A stretch of 32,000 bases of DNA from Candidatus Saccharimonadota bacterium (GTDB taxonomy: Bacteria; Pseudomonadota; Gammaproteobacteria; Enterobacterales; Enterobacteriaceae), in assembly GCF_000090965.1 (NCBI RefSeq), contig NC_008513.1, positions 30,001 to 62,000 of the forward strand, read 5' to 3'. The first letter of the stretch is position 1; every line of letters begins with the position of its first letter. The position numbers were made by a program, and so were the translations under genes. The notes beneath the pieces were generated by a model that ran no database searches, was not told the DNA's origin, and was given only the letters and a program-made list of their open reading frames with translations. Of this stretch, positions 9,462-18,901 are shown in pieces.

Positions 9462-11234
9462 TTAATTAAATTTTATATTTTTAATATAAATTAATTTTTT
9501 ACTAATATTCCATATTTTTTTTTTTTCATTTACATCAAAACCTTTTTTTCTTTCTATGGTTATTAATTTATTATATTTATATTCTAAATGTTGTTGTTTA
9601 AAATTATTTAAAAATTCTTTAAATGTAAAAAATATTTTTTTTTTTAAAATTATATGATTCCAAGTGCTTAAATATTTAAAAATTTTTCCTAATTTAGAAA
9701 ATCGAAAAAATTCGAGTAAATATCCAGTTTTAAAAATTTTTTTTTTTTTAATTAATTCAATTAATTTTATAAGTATTTTTTTTCCTTGTATATGTAATTT
9801 TTTTATTTTTTTTATGTTTTTTATTTTTTTTACTAATTTAGGATATTGTATTATTAAACTAATTAATAATCGCATAGTAGTAATTTTAACAGGTTTATTG
9901 ATTTTTTTTTTTTTTTCTTTCTGAAATTGAATGAGTTTTTTTAATTGATAAGAATCTAATATTCCTATTTTATTACCTAAAATTTTTCTTAAATAAATTT
10001 TTATTATTTTACTTGGAATTTTTTTAATTAGCGGGATTGTTATTCGACTTAATTTAATGCAGTCATTAATACAACTTAAATTTATTTTATTAGTAACTTT
10101 TTTAAAAAAAAATGAATAAAATGATTCTGATTTTTTTATTCTTTTTTCAAATTTTTTTTTTCCTTCTTTAATAATTAAACTACTAGGATCTTCATTTTTA
10201 GGTAACAAAAGAAAATTTATAATATATTCATCATATAAGAAAGGTAATATTAAATTCAATGATTTCCAAGATGCTATTCTACCTGCTTTATCTCCATCAA
10301 AACAAAATATAATTTTTTTACTAATTTGAAAAATTTTTTTTATTTGATATGTAGTAATATTAGTTCCTAATAATGCAATAGAATAATTAATATTTTTTTG
10401 AGCTAGTGAAATAACATCAAAATATCCTTCTACAACTAATATTTTTTTTGGTTTAGGATTTTTTAAAATTAATTCATATATTCCATATAAATTTTTTTTT
10501 TTAAAAAATGTAATAGTTTCAGGAGAATTTAAATATTTTGGGTAGTTATATTGATTGATAATTCTTCCTCCGAAACCTTTTATAATGCCATATTTATTTT
10601 TAATTGGAAATATTATTCTTTCTTTAAATCGATCTTGTTTTATTTTGTTTTTTTCATATATACTTAAACCACAATCAATGATAGTAGATATATTAGTAGT
10701 TTTTTTTTTTATAAAATTTGTAATTTGATAATTATTTGATAATGCATATCCTAATGAAAAATTTTTCATTATTTTTGATGTAATGCCACGTTTAATAAGA
10801 TAGTTATATGCTTGATTTGGTACTTTAAATAAATTTTTTATATAAATTTTTGATGTTTTTTTTAAAATTTTATAAATTTTTTTTTTATAAAAAAACTTTT
10901 TTTTAAATTGAGAATTATATTGTATATATGGAATTTTTATTCCATGTAAACTTGTTAATTCATTGATACTACTTAAAAAATCTAATTTTTCATATTGCAT
11001 TAGAAAATCTATCACATTACCATGTATACCACATCCGAAACAATAAAAAAATTGTTTTTCTGAATTTACAGTAAATGAAGGTGTTTTTTCATAATGAAAC
11101 GGACATAAAGTTTTATAATTATTTCCAGTTTTTTTTAAAGTGATGTATCTATTAATTATTTCAATAATATTTGTTTTTTCAATAATTTCATGAATAAATT
11201 CTTGAGGAATTTTTTTTTTTTTTTTTGTATTCAT
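9462..11234 (-). CDS. dnaG: DNA primase
   Basis: 590-aa ORF with the zinc-ribbon CPFHYEKTPSFTVNSEKQFFYCFGCGIHGNVIDFLM and TOPRIM motifs (VVEGYFDV; FCFDGDKAGRIA). Lies between rpsU and rpoD. Confidence 0.95.
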   Translation of the reverse strand: MNTKKKKKIPQEFIHEIIEKTNIIEIINRYITLKKTGNNYKTLCPFHYEKTPSFTVNSEKQFFYCFGCGIHGNVIDFLMQYEKLDFLSSINELTSLHGIKIPYIQYNSQFKKKFFYKKKIYKILKKTSKIYIKNLFKVPNQAYNYLIKRGITSKIMKNFSLGYALSNNYQITNFIKKKTTNISTIIDCGLSIYEKNKIKQDRFKERIIFPIKNKYGIIKGFGGRIINQYNYPKYLNSPETITFFKKKNLYGIYELILKNPKPKKILVVEGYFDVISLAQKNINYSIALLGTNITTYQIKKIFQISKKIIFCFDGDKAGRIASWKSLNLILPFLYDEYIINFLLLPKNEDPSSLIIKEGKKKFEKRIKKSESFYSFFFKKVTNKINLSCINDCIKLSRITIPLIKKIPSKIIKIYLRKILGNKIGILDSYQLKKLIQFQKEKKKKINKPVKITTMRLLISLIIQYPKLVKKIKNIKKIKKLHIQGKKILIKLIELIKKKKIFKTGYLLEFFRFSKLGKIFKYLSTWNHIILKKKIFFTFKEFLNNFKQQHLEYKYNKLITIERKKGFDVNEKKKIWNISKKLIYIKNIKFN

Positions 11235-11249
11235 AACTTATTTTTTTTT

Positions 11250-11275
11250 GACCGTTATTATATAAATATACGGTC
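11250..11275. promoter_or_regulatory. Short GC-stem hairpin in the rpsU-dnaG spacer
   Basis: gaccgt (11250-11255) and acggtc (11270-11275) flank a 14-nt A/T loop. It sits where E. coli has an internal attenuating terminator, but no U-run follows on the operon (minus) transcript. Confidence 0.25.
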
Positions 11276-11305
11276 TTAATATTCTGGAATATAAAAAATT
11301 TTTAT

Positions 11306-11521
11306 TTAGTACATTCGAATTCGTTTTAGATTTTCACGTGCTAATTTTTTAGAAAGACGTTTAATAGCTGATGCTTTAGCACGTTTTCGTTCAGTAGTGG
11401 GTTTTTCATAAAATTCTCTTCTTCTTATTTCTGATAATATTCCAGCTTTTTCACATGATCGTTTGAATCTTCTTAATGCTACATCAAATGGTTCATTATC
11501 TCTTATTTTAATAATTGGCAT
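11306..11521 (-). CDS. rpsU: 30S ribosomal protein S21
   Basis: [71 protein letters not shown] is near-identical to E. coli S21. I use the ATG at 11521 (71 aa) rather than the track start at 11536. Confidence 0.97.
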   Translation of the reverse strand: MPIIKIRDNEPFDVALRRFKRSCEKAGILSEIRRREFYEKPTTERKRAKASAIKRLSKKLARENLKRIRMY

Positions 11522-11711
11522 TATAATTCCTATCATAATTTGTAAAATTTATCTTTGAAAAACATTTATATTAAAATTTTTTTTAATAAAAATTTTTATT
11601 TTTTATTAAATATTTCTAAAAATATATAAAATATATTGTATCATATTTATAGAAAATATATTATTAGATATATCTTTGTTTATTTTAAAATAAATATATT
11701 TTTAGGTAAAT

Positions 11712-12743
11712 ATGAAAATATTAGGAATTGAAACTTCTTGTGATGATACTTCGGTAGCAATTTATGATAAAAAACTTGGTTTAATAGATCATCAGACTTT
11801 AAATCAAAATAGTGTTCATTCTAAATATCATGGTATTGTTCCTGAATTAGCAGCAAGATCACATTTAAATCAATTGAATTTTTTAATTAAAAATATTTTT
11901 TCTAAATATTTTTTATATAATTCTTCTAATTTTAAAAAAAAATTTTTTAAAGCTGTTGCGTATACGGTAGGTCCAGGTCTTTCAGGATCTATAGTAGTGC
12001 ACAGTTGCAGATCTATTGCTTTATCTTTAGATATTCCATATATTTTGATTAATCATTTAGAAGGACATTTATTATCTGTAATGCTTTCTTATAAAAAAAA
12101 TCTTTTTCCATTTCTTGCATTACTAGTCTCAGGCGCTAATACACAATTAATTTATGCTAAATATTTAGGTAAATACATAATATTAGGTCAAACTTTGGAT
12201 GATGCTGTCGGAAATGTTTTTGATTATATAGCGAAGATTTTAGGTTTAGGATTTCCTGGAGGAAAAAATTTGTCTGATTTAGCTAAATATGGAATATCAG
12301 GAAAATATTTTTTTCCGAGACCTATGACTAAATATTCAAATTTGAATTTTAGTTTTTCGGGATTAAAAACACATGTAAAAAATGTTATTTTAAATAGTTC
12401 TGATTCTTTTCAAGAAAAATCTAATATTGCTAAATCTTTTGAAGAAGCTATAGTAGATACTTTAATTATTAAATGCAAATTAGCTATAAAAAAAATAAAA
12501 GTAAAAAATTTTTTAGTATGCGGCGGAGTAAGTTCTAATAGATTATTAAGAATAAAATTAAAAAAATTAATTTATAAAAATCAAAGAAAATTATATTTTT
12601 CTAAAAAAAAATTTTGTACAGATAATGCTGGTATGATTGCATATTTAGGATTTTTAAAATATCAACAAGGTATGTATTCATACAATAAATCTTTTTCAAT
12701 ATATCCTAATTTATTGATTAGTGATAATATTAATTATTTATAA
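11712..12743 (+). CDS. tsaD: tRNA N6-adenosine threonylcarbamoyltransferase (t6A synthesis)
   Basis: MKILGIETSCDDTSVAIYD, INHLEGHLL metal-binding motif, and GGVSSN. Divergent from rpsU as in E. coli (ygjD). Confidence 0.93.
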   Translation: MKILGIETSCDDTSVAIYDKKLGLIDHQTLNQNSVHSKYHGIVPELAARSHLNQLNFLIKNIFSKYFLYNSSNFKKKFFKAVAYTVGPGLSGSIVVHSCRSIALSLDIPYILINHLEGHLLSVMLSYKKNLFPFLALLVSGANTQLIYAKYLGKYIILGQTLDDAVGNVFDYIAKILGLGFPGGKNLSDLAKYGISGKYFFPRPMTKYSNLNFSFSGLKTHVKNVILNSSDSFQEKSNIAKSFEEAIVDTLIIKCKLAIKKIKVKNFLVCGGVSSNRLLRIKLKKLIYKNQRKLYFSKKKFCTDNAGMIAYLGFLKYQQGMYSYNKSFSIYPNLLISDNINYL

Positions 12744-12862
12744 TAATAATTTTTTTAGAAATAATATTTTTAAATATATTATTATATTTTTAATGTTACA
12801 TAAAATTTTTAAATATTTATTTTTAAAAAAAATTTTTATTTTTTTATTATTTAGGTATTATT

Positions 12863-14107
12863 TTGAAAATTTATTTAGTTGGTGGAGCTATTCGTGATCG
12901 ATTATTGAATATTCCTGTTAGAGATCGTGATTGGGTTGTAGTTGGAATTCGAGATCCTAAAGAAATGTTAAAAAAAAATTATCAACAAGTAGGGAAGGGT
13001 TTTCCTGTTTTTATACATCCTAAAACACACGAAGAATATTCTTTAGCTAGAACTGAAAAAAAAAATGGAGTAGGTCATACAGGTTTTTTATTTGATTTTT
13101 CTTCTAGAATTACCTTAAAAGAAGATTTAAAGCGTAGAGATTTAACTATTAATGCAATAGCACAAGATTCTTCAGGAAAAATTATTGATTTTTTTAACGG
13201 AAAAAAAGATATTCAAAAAAAAATTTTAAGACATGTATCATATTCATTTCAAGAAGATCCTTTAAGAGTTTTGCGTATTGCAAGATTTGCAGCTTTATTA
13301 TCACATTTAGGTTTTTATATTGCGAAAAAAACTCTTTCTTTAATGAAATTAATTTGTTCTCGTAAAGAATTATTATATTTAACTCCTGAAAGAATTTGGA
13401 AAGAAACGCAGAAAGGATTATCTACTCAAAATCCTCATGTTTATTTTCAAGTGTTATATTCCTGTAATGCATTGTTTTTTTTATTTCCAGAAATTAATTA
13501 TTTTTATAAAAAAACATATTTTTTAAATTCTTTTATTAAACATATTAATTTAGTTCAATATAGTTTAATAGAATTATCAAAAATATCTAAAGTTACAAAA
13601 GATATTAATATTAGATTTTCTTATTTTTTACAATTTTTTTATTATGTTTATCCTATTCCAAATATTGGAACTAAAGATTATTTTTTTTATAAAAAACCTG
13701 CTTTTTTATTAAAAAAAATGTTAATTAGATTAAAAATTCCAAAAGAAACTAGTGAAATTATTTTTTTTTTATGTGGTTTTCACAATTTTTTACAAAATAT
13801 TAATATACAAAGTTCAAAGTTAATAATAAAATTTTTTAATATTATTGATGTATGGAGAAAACCCAATAGATTAAATCAGTTAATATATTTAGATTTTTAT
13901 AATTTTAATTCTTTGAAAAATAAAAAGAATGATTTTTTTTTAGGTAAGTTATTAAAATATATGTTTTCTTTAATTAAAGATATTTCTGTTTGTTCTTTCA
14001 TAAAAGAAAAGAAATTTAAAGGTATTGAAATAAAAAATGATTTAAATCGTTTAAGAATACAATCTTTTAAAGAAATGAAGGAAAAAATAATATTAAATAT
14101 ATTTTAA
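12863..14107 (+). CDS. cca: tRNA CCA-adding nucleotidyltransferase; head domain conserved, HD-domain catalytic residues not conserved
   Basis: TTG start at 12863. MKIYLVGGAIRDRLLNIPVRDRDWVVVG, YQQVGKGFPVFIHPKTHEEYSLARTEKK, RRDLTINA and EDPLRVLRIARFAA align with E. coli Cca. The C-terminal half is collinear, but the HD motifs are substituted. Confidence 0.92.
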   Translation: MKIYLVGGAIRDRLLNIPVRDRDWVVVGIRDPKEMLKKNYQQVGKGFPVFIHPKTHEEYSLARTEKKNGVGHTGFLFDFSSRITLKEDLKRRDLTINAIAQDSSGKIIDFFNGKKDIQKKILRHVSYSFQEDPLRVLRIARFAALLSHLGFYIAKKTLSLMKLICSRKELLYLTPERIWKETQKGLSTQNPHVYFQVLYSCNALFFLFPEINYFYKKTYFLNSFIKHINLVQYSLIELSKISKVTKDINIRFSYFLQFFYYVYPIPNIGTKDYFFYKKPAFLLKKMLIRLKIPKETSEIIFFLCGFHNFLQNINIQSSKLIIKFFNIIDVWRKPNRLNQLIYLDFYNFNSLKNKKNDFFLGKLLKYMFSLIKDISVCSFIKEKKFKGIEIKNDLNRLRIQSFKEMKEKIILNIF

Positions 14108-14145
14108 AATATATTATAGATTAAATTTTAATTAATATAAATTCA

Positions 14146-14586
14146 TTATAAATAAAATAATTTTGTTATTCCAGCTTTTATTTTATATTTTTTTTTATAA
14201 GTGTTAATTTTTTTTTTTGATGTTATAGTCATATTTGTTATTGATTTATTTAAATATATTTTATGAAATATATTTTTAATTAAAAAAATAATTTCTCCAA
14301 TATATATTTTTTTTGAATTTTTTATTAATGAAATAAAATTAATGATTTTTTTTTCGTTATTATAAATTTTATTTTTTATAGTAATTAAAGTATTTATTTC
14401 ATTTTGAATTATACAAGAATTTTTTTTAGGAAAAAAACTTTTAATAATTCCATTACATGGAGATACAATAATATTTTTTTCTGATTCAAAAATTATTTTT
14501 TTTTTAAAAAATTTTTTTTTTTTAATATTATAAATTTTTTTAATATATCCAGATATTTGTGAAACTATATATTTTTTTTTTTTCAT
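14146..14586 (-). CDS. crr: PTS EIIA-Glc (Crr) homologue lacking both active-site histidines; possibly a relic
   Basis: My manual alignment to E. coli Crr is collinear over about 140 aa: IVSQISGYI/IAPLSGEI; IIVSPCNGIIKSFF/KMVAPVDGTIGKIF; IYIGEIIFLI/VKVGDTVIEF; KSITNMTITS/STLTPVVISN. Orientation relative to ligA matches E. coli. Identity is low (about 20-25% by eye). Confidence 0.5.
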   Translation of the reverse strand: MKKKKYIVSQISGYIKKIYNIKKKKFFKKKIIFESEKNIIVSPCNGIIKSFFPKKNSCIIQNEINTLITIKNKIYNNEKKIINFISLIKNSKKIYIGEIIFLIKNIFHKIYLNKSITNMTITSKKKINTYKKKYKIKAGITKLFYL

Positions 14587-14743
14587 TTTTATATTTAAAT
14601 GTTAAAGAAATGTTTTAATTGAGAATATTTTATATTTAATAATAGATTATATTGTCTTTTTTATTTTCAATTATTAAAAATATTATTTATTATATTTAAT
14701 AATTGTTTTTATTAAATTTAAATTATTAAATATGGTGTTTATT

Positions 14744-16507
14744 ATGAAAGATATCTATAATCAAATTTTAAAATTACAATTACAAATTAAATATCATAAT
14801 TACATGTATCATACATTAGATTCTCCTATTATTTCAGATATTTTATATGATGAATTATATAATAAATTACTTCAATTAGAAAAATTATATTTTAAAAAAA
14901 AATCTTTAGATAAAAAAATAAAATTATTAGATCAAGTAGGAGCGAAAAAATTACATATTTTTACTGAATTTTTTCATAAAATTCCTATGCTTTCTTTAAG
15001 AAGTATAAATAATATTTCTGATTTTGATTTATTTGATAAAAAAATAAAGGAATATTTTAAACATATTAATGTTATTACATATTTTTGTGATTTTAAATTT
15101 GATGGATTAGCTGTTAATTTATTTTATAAAAATGGAATTTTAATTTCTGCTTCTACTCGTGGAAATGGTAGTGTCGGGGAAAATATTACAAAAAATATTT
15201 TAATGATTTCTTCAATTCCAAAAAAAATTGCAGGAAGCAATATTCCTAAAAAAATAGAAATACGTGGAGAAATATTTATGAGAAAATCTGATTTTTTTAT
15301 TTTAAATCAATCTTGTAAATTAAGTGGAAAAAAAGAATTTTCTAATCCTCGTAATGCTGCTGCAGGCTCTGTTCGTCAGTTAAATCCAGAAATTGTAAAA
15401 AAAAGAAAGTTAAATTTTTTCGTGTATGGATTTGGATTATTTGATTATAATAAAAAAATTGATAGTCATTATCAAAGATTATTACAAATAAAAAAATGGG
15501 GTTTTCCATTATATAAAAATTATTGTGTATGTAAAAATAAAAAAGAAGTAATTCATTTTTATCATTATGCAAATAAAATTAGATCACAATTAGATTTTGA
15601 AATTGACGGGATAGTTATTAAACTAGATTCTATTAAATTACAAAATAATTTAGGTTGTATAGAAAAATATCCTAAATGGGCAATTGCATTAAAGTTTTTT
15701 TCTTTAGATAAAGAAACTAAAATTTTTAAAATATCATTTAAAGTTGGAAGAACGGGTATTATTACTCCTGTTGCTTATTTTTTTCCAATTAATCTTTTTG
15801 GTGTTTCTATAAGTAAAGCTTCATTATATAATATAAAAACAATAAAATTATTAGATATACGTCTTCATGATTATGTTACTGTATACCGTGCTGGTGATGT
15901 AATTCCGAAAATTAGAAATGTTTTAATACATAAAAGAAATAAATATACACAGAAGATAATTATTCCAACATACTGTCCTTCTTGTTGTACTAAATTGATT
16001 TTTTCTGATGATTTAAAAACATGTTATTGTCCTGCTAGTTTTTCTTGTTTTTCACAAAATGTTAAAAGATTAATTTATTTTTCTTCAAAAAATGGTTTAA
16101 ATTTTAAAGGTTTAGGAAAAAAAAATATTATTAAATTAATAAATTATGGTTATTTATATACTCCTATTGATTTTTTTTCTTTAACAGTAAAGAAATTAAA
16201 AAATATATTTCGTATGGGAGACAAATTATCTGAAAAAATTATTAAAAATATTGCTTTTTCTAAAAGAGTTTCTTTAGATAAATTTATTTGTTCGTTAGGA
16301 ATTTTTGGTGTTGGAACATCAATTGCTAAACGTTTAGCATATTATTATCGATCTGTAGAAAAATTTTTTAATACTAATTATGATACATTATCTAAAATTG
16401 ATCATATTGGATATAATATTTCTAATGCAATTATTAGTTTTTTAAAAAATAAAAGTAATAGATCAATTATTTTAAAATTAATTAGAATACTAAATATTTT
16501 TATTTAA
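14744..16507 (+). CDS. ligA: NAD-dependent DNA ligase, without C-terminal BRCT domain
   Basis: Adenylation motif CDFKFDGLAV (KxDG), NPRNAAAGSVRQL, FEIDGIVIK, OB fold, Cys-rich zinc finger (CPSCC..CYCPASFSC) and HhH region are present. The ORF ends where the E. coli BRCT domain would begin. I take the ATG at 14744 (MKDIYNQ..); the track start is 14732. Confidence 0.94.
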   Translation: MKDIYNQILKLQLQIKYHNYMYHTLDSPIISDILYDELYNKLLQLEKLYFKKKSLDKKIKLLDQVGAKKLHIFTEFFHKIPMLSLRSINNISDFDLFDKKIKEYFKHINVITYFCDFKFDGLAVNLFYKNGILISASTRGNGSVGENITKNILMISSIPKKIAGSNIPKKIEIRGEIFMRKSDFFILNQSCKLSGKKEFSNPRNAAAGSVRQLNPEIVKKRKLNFFVYGFGLFDYNKKIDSHYQRLLQIKKWGFPLYKNYCVCKNKKEVIHFYHYANKIRSQLDFEIDGIVIKLDSIKLQNNLGCIEKYPKWAIALKFFSLDKETKIFKISFKVGRTGIITPVAYFFPINLFGVSISKASLYNIKTIKLLDIRLHDYVTVYRAGDVIPKIRNVLIHKRNKYTQKIIIPTYCPSCCTKLIFSDDLKTCYCPASFSCFSQNVKRLIYFSSKNGLNFKGLGKKNIIKLINYGYLYTPIDFFSLTVKKLKNIFRMGDKLSEKIIKNIAFSKRVSLDKFICSLGIFGVGTSIAKRLAYYYRSVEKFFNTNYDTLSKIDHIGYNISNAIISFLKNKSNRSIILKLIRILNIFI

Positions 16508-16535
16508 TTTTATAAAAATATATTATTAAAAGTTT

Positions 16536-16608
16536 TGGGTCGTGCAGGATTTGAACCTGCGACCAATTGATTAAAAGTCAACTGCTCTACCAACTGAGCT
16601 AACGACCC
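16536..16608 (-). tRNA. tRNA-Lys (anticodon UUU)
   Basis: Reverse complement GGGTCGTTAGCTCAGTTGGTAGAGCAGTTGACTTTTAATCAATTGGTCGCAGGTTCAAATCCTGCACGACCCA. Anticodon loop CTTTTAA. No encoded CCA tail. Confidence 0.93.
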
Positions 16609-16625
16609 TTATTAAAATATTTTTT

Positions 16626-16698
16626 TGGGTGATGACGGTTTCGAACCGCCGACCTTCTCCGTGTAAAGGAGAAGCTCTACCAACTGAGCTAATCACCC
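16626..16698 (-). tRNA. tRNA-Val (anticodon UAC)
   Basis: Reverse complement GGGTGATTAGCTCAGTTGGTAGAGCTTCTCCTTTACACGGAGAAGGTCGGCGGTTCGAAACCGTCATCACCCA. Anticodon UAC. Val-Lys tRNA pair divergent from gltX, as with the E. coli valU..lysV operon. No encoded CCA tail. Confidence 0.92.
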
Positions 16699-16857
16699 TT
16701 TTTTTTTTCTTTATTATTCTATTGTAGAACAGATATATTATGAGTCAATATATATTTTACTTATATTTGTTTATTTGGTTAAAAAATATACAAATATTAA
16801 TGAAAATTATATATTTAATTTTATTTTTAATAATTTCATTATTTAAATTGAGTATTT

Positions 16858-18282
16858 ATGAAAATTAAAACAAGATTTTCTCCAAGTCCAACTGGTTTAC
16901 TTCATATGGGAGGAGTTCGTACTGCATTGTATTCATGGCTTTTTGCCCGTAAAAATAATGGTTCTTTTATTTTACGAATTGAAGATACTGATAAAAATAG
17001 AGTTAAAAATAATTCAGTACAAGATATTTTATATGGATTAAGATATTTACAATTAAATTGGGATGAAGGGCCATTTTTTCAAAGTAATAGAATTAATATA
17101 TATAAAAATATAATATTATTTATGTTAAAAAAAGGTATTGCATATAAATGTTATTGTTCTAAAAATCGTCTAGATAAATTACGAAAAAATCAAATTTTAA
17201 ATAAAAAAAAACCTAAATATGATAATAAATGTCGAAATAAAAATTTTTTTTTAAAAAAATCTAATATTCCTTATGTAATTCGTTTTAAGAATCCTACAAA
17301 AGGATTAGTAGAATTTAGAGATATGATTAGAGGAAAAATTAGTATTTCAAATAAAGAATTAGATGATTTAGTAATTCAAAGATCTAATGGAATGCCAACA
17401 TATAATTTTTGTGTTGTAGTAGATGATTGGCAAATGAATATTACACATATTATCAGAGGTGAAGATCATATTCATAATACACCAAGACAAATTAATTTAT
17501 TATCTTCTTTAAACGCATATATTCCTCAATATGCACATACATCAATGATTTTAGATAAAAAAAGAAAAAAACTATCTAAACGTTGTTCTTCATATAGTAT
17601 TATTAATTATATTAATAATGGTTTTATACCTGAGGCTATTTTAAATTATGCTCTTCAATTAGGTTGGTCTTATAAAAATCAAGAAATATTTTCAATTAAC
17701 GAAATGAAAAATATATTTAATATTAAGTATATTAATAAATCACCAAGCATTATAGATAAAAAAAAATTTTTATGGTTTAATCATTATTATTTAAACAATA
17801 TATCTTTTAATTTAAAATATAAATATTTTTTTTCTTATTGTAAAAAAAATAATATTTTTTTTGACAAGGATGTAAATATATCTGGAGTTATAAAAGATTT
17901 CTTAGGTCGTCATAGTACTTTTAAAGATTTTATTCAAACATATGATTATTTTTATAAAGAAATTAATATTTCTAATATAAAAAATATATATTTATATAAT
18001 AAATTAATTAATATTACTATATTGAAATTTTTATATAAGAAATTCAATTTGTTAAATAATTGGGATTTAAAAAATATTTTATTAATAATTAAAGAATCAA
18101 TTTTATATTTTAAAATTTCTTTTAAGGAAATAGCTATTTTAATTAGAATTGTTATTACAGGAAAAAAACAAACACCTAGTATTTCTTCTATAATTTTTTA
18201 TATAGGAAAAAAAAAATTTTTATTAAGAATTAAAAATTTTTTGAAATATCTGCAATTAAATAATTCAAATTTTAGTAAATAA
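16858..18282 (+). CDS. gltX: Glutamyl-tRNA synthetase
   Basis: MKIKTRFSPSPTGLLHMGGVRTALYSWLFAR (HIGH-type motif), PTYNFCVVVDDW, IRGEDHIHNTPRQI and the KLSKR (KMSKS) motif. Confidence 0.96.
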   Translation: MKIKTRFSPSPTGLLHMGGVRTALYSWLFARKNNGSFILRIEDTDKNRVKNNSVQDILYGLRYLQLNWDEGPFFQSNRINIYKNIILFMLKKGIAYKCYCSKNRLDKLRKNQILNKKKPKYDNKCRNKNFFLKKSNIPYVIRFKNPTKGLVEFRDMIRGKISISNKELDDLVIQRSNGMPTYNFCVVVDDWQMNITHIIRGEDHIHNTPRQINLLSSLNAYIPQYAHTSMILDKKRKKLSKRCSSYSIINYINNGFIPEAILNYALQLGWSYKNQEIFSINEMKNIFNIKYINKSPSIIDKKKFLWFNHYYLNNISFNLKYKYFFSYCKKNNIFFDKDVNISGVIKDFLGRHSTFKDFIQTYDYFYKEINISNIKNIYLYNKLINITILKFLYKKFNLLNNWDLKNILLIIKESILYFKISFKEIAILIRIVITGKKQTPSISSIIFYIGKKKFLLRIKNFLKYLQLNNSNFSK

Positions 18283-18489
18283 TTTTAAAATTATTCAAAA
18301 CTTTATATTTTGATTCAATATATTTTTAATTATTATTAACATATTATATGTTAAAATATAAAAAATTTTTATATTAAATATTTTTATTTATTTATATTTT
18401 ACATATAATATGTATTATAAATTATTTTAATAATTATAAATTTTATAATTATTAAAATTTTTATATTTTAATACTTGGTAAATAATTTT

Positions 18490-18774
18490 TTATATCTGTA
18501 TATTCATAATTTCTTTATAAGCATCAATTAATTTATTTCGTGTTTCTAACAATATTTTTTTTTCTTCTTTTTTTGGATTTTCTTTTGGTTCAATAGTTTT
18601 ATTTTTTTTTGTTTTTTCTGTTTGTTTTGTTATTGTGTTAAAAGTATTTTCTATTTCTGGTATTTGTAAGATTTTTTTCCATATTTTAAAAAAATTTTGA
18701 CATGTGTTTTCTTGATTTACTTCATTTTGTTCAAAAATTTTAAGATTATTATTATTTATATAATTTGTTTTCAT
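18490..18774 (-). CDS. fliE: Flagellar hook-basal body complex protein FliE
   Basis: 94-aa ORF divergent from fliF. C-terminus ETRNKLIDAYKEIMNIQI matches E. coli FliE ..QVRNKLVAAYQEVMSMQV. The N-terminal half is poorly conserved. Confidence 0.8.
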   Translation of the reverse strand: MKTNYINNNNLKIFEQNEVNQENTCQNFFKIWKKILQIPEIENTFNTITKQTEKTKKNKTIEPKENPKKEEKKILLETRNKLIDAYKEIMNIQI

Positions 18775-18901
18775 TAAGATTTTTCCTTTTTAAATATTAT
18801 ATATTCATGATAATATTTTTATATTATTATATATAATAATGCAATATTTACTTGTTTTTTTTTTAAATTATTTTTTGTTTTATTATTTCTGGAAAAGAAC
18901 T

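Noticed and set aside
9664-9924. 86-aa + strand ORF
   Set aside because: Antisense within dnaG. It is poly-Phe/Ile sequence mirroring the Lys/Asn-rich primase C-terminal region.
15342-15572. 76-aa minus-strand ORF
   Set aside because: Antisense within ligA, which is unambiguously identified in the + frame.
18839-18901. Upstream extension of fliF (track start MQYLLVFFLNYFLFYYFWKRT)
   Set aside because: The extension is poly-Phe/Leu translated from the A/T-rich divergent promoter region and has no counterpart in FliF. The ATG at 18902 gives an N-terminal length similar to E. coli. It remains possible as an annotation alternative.
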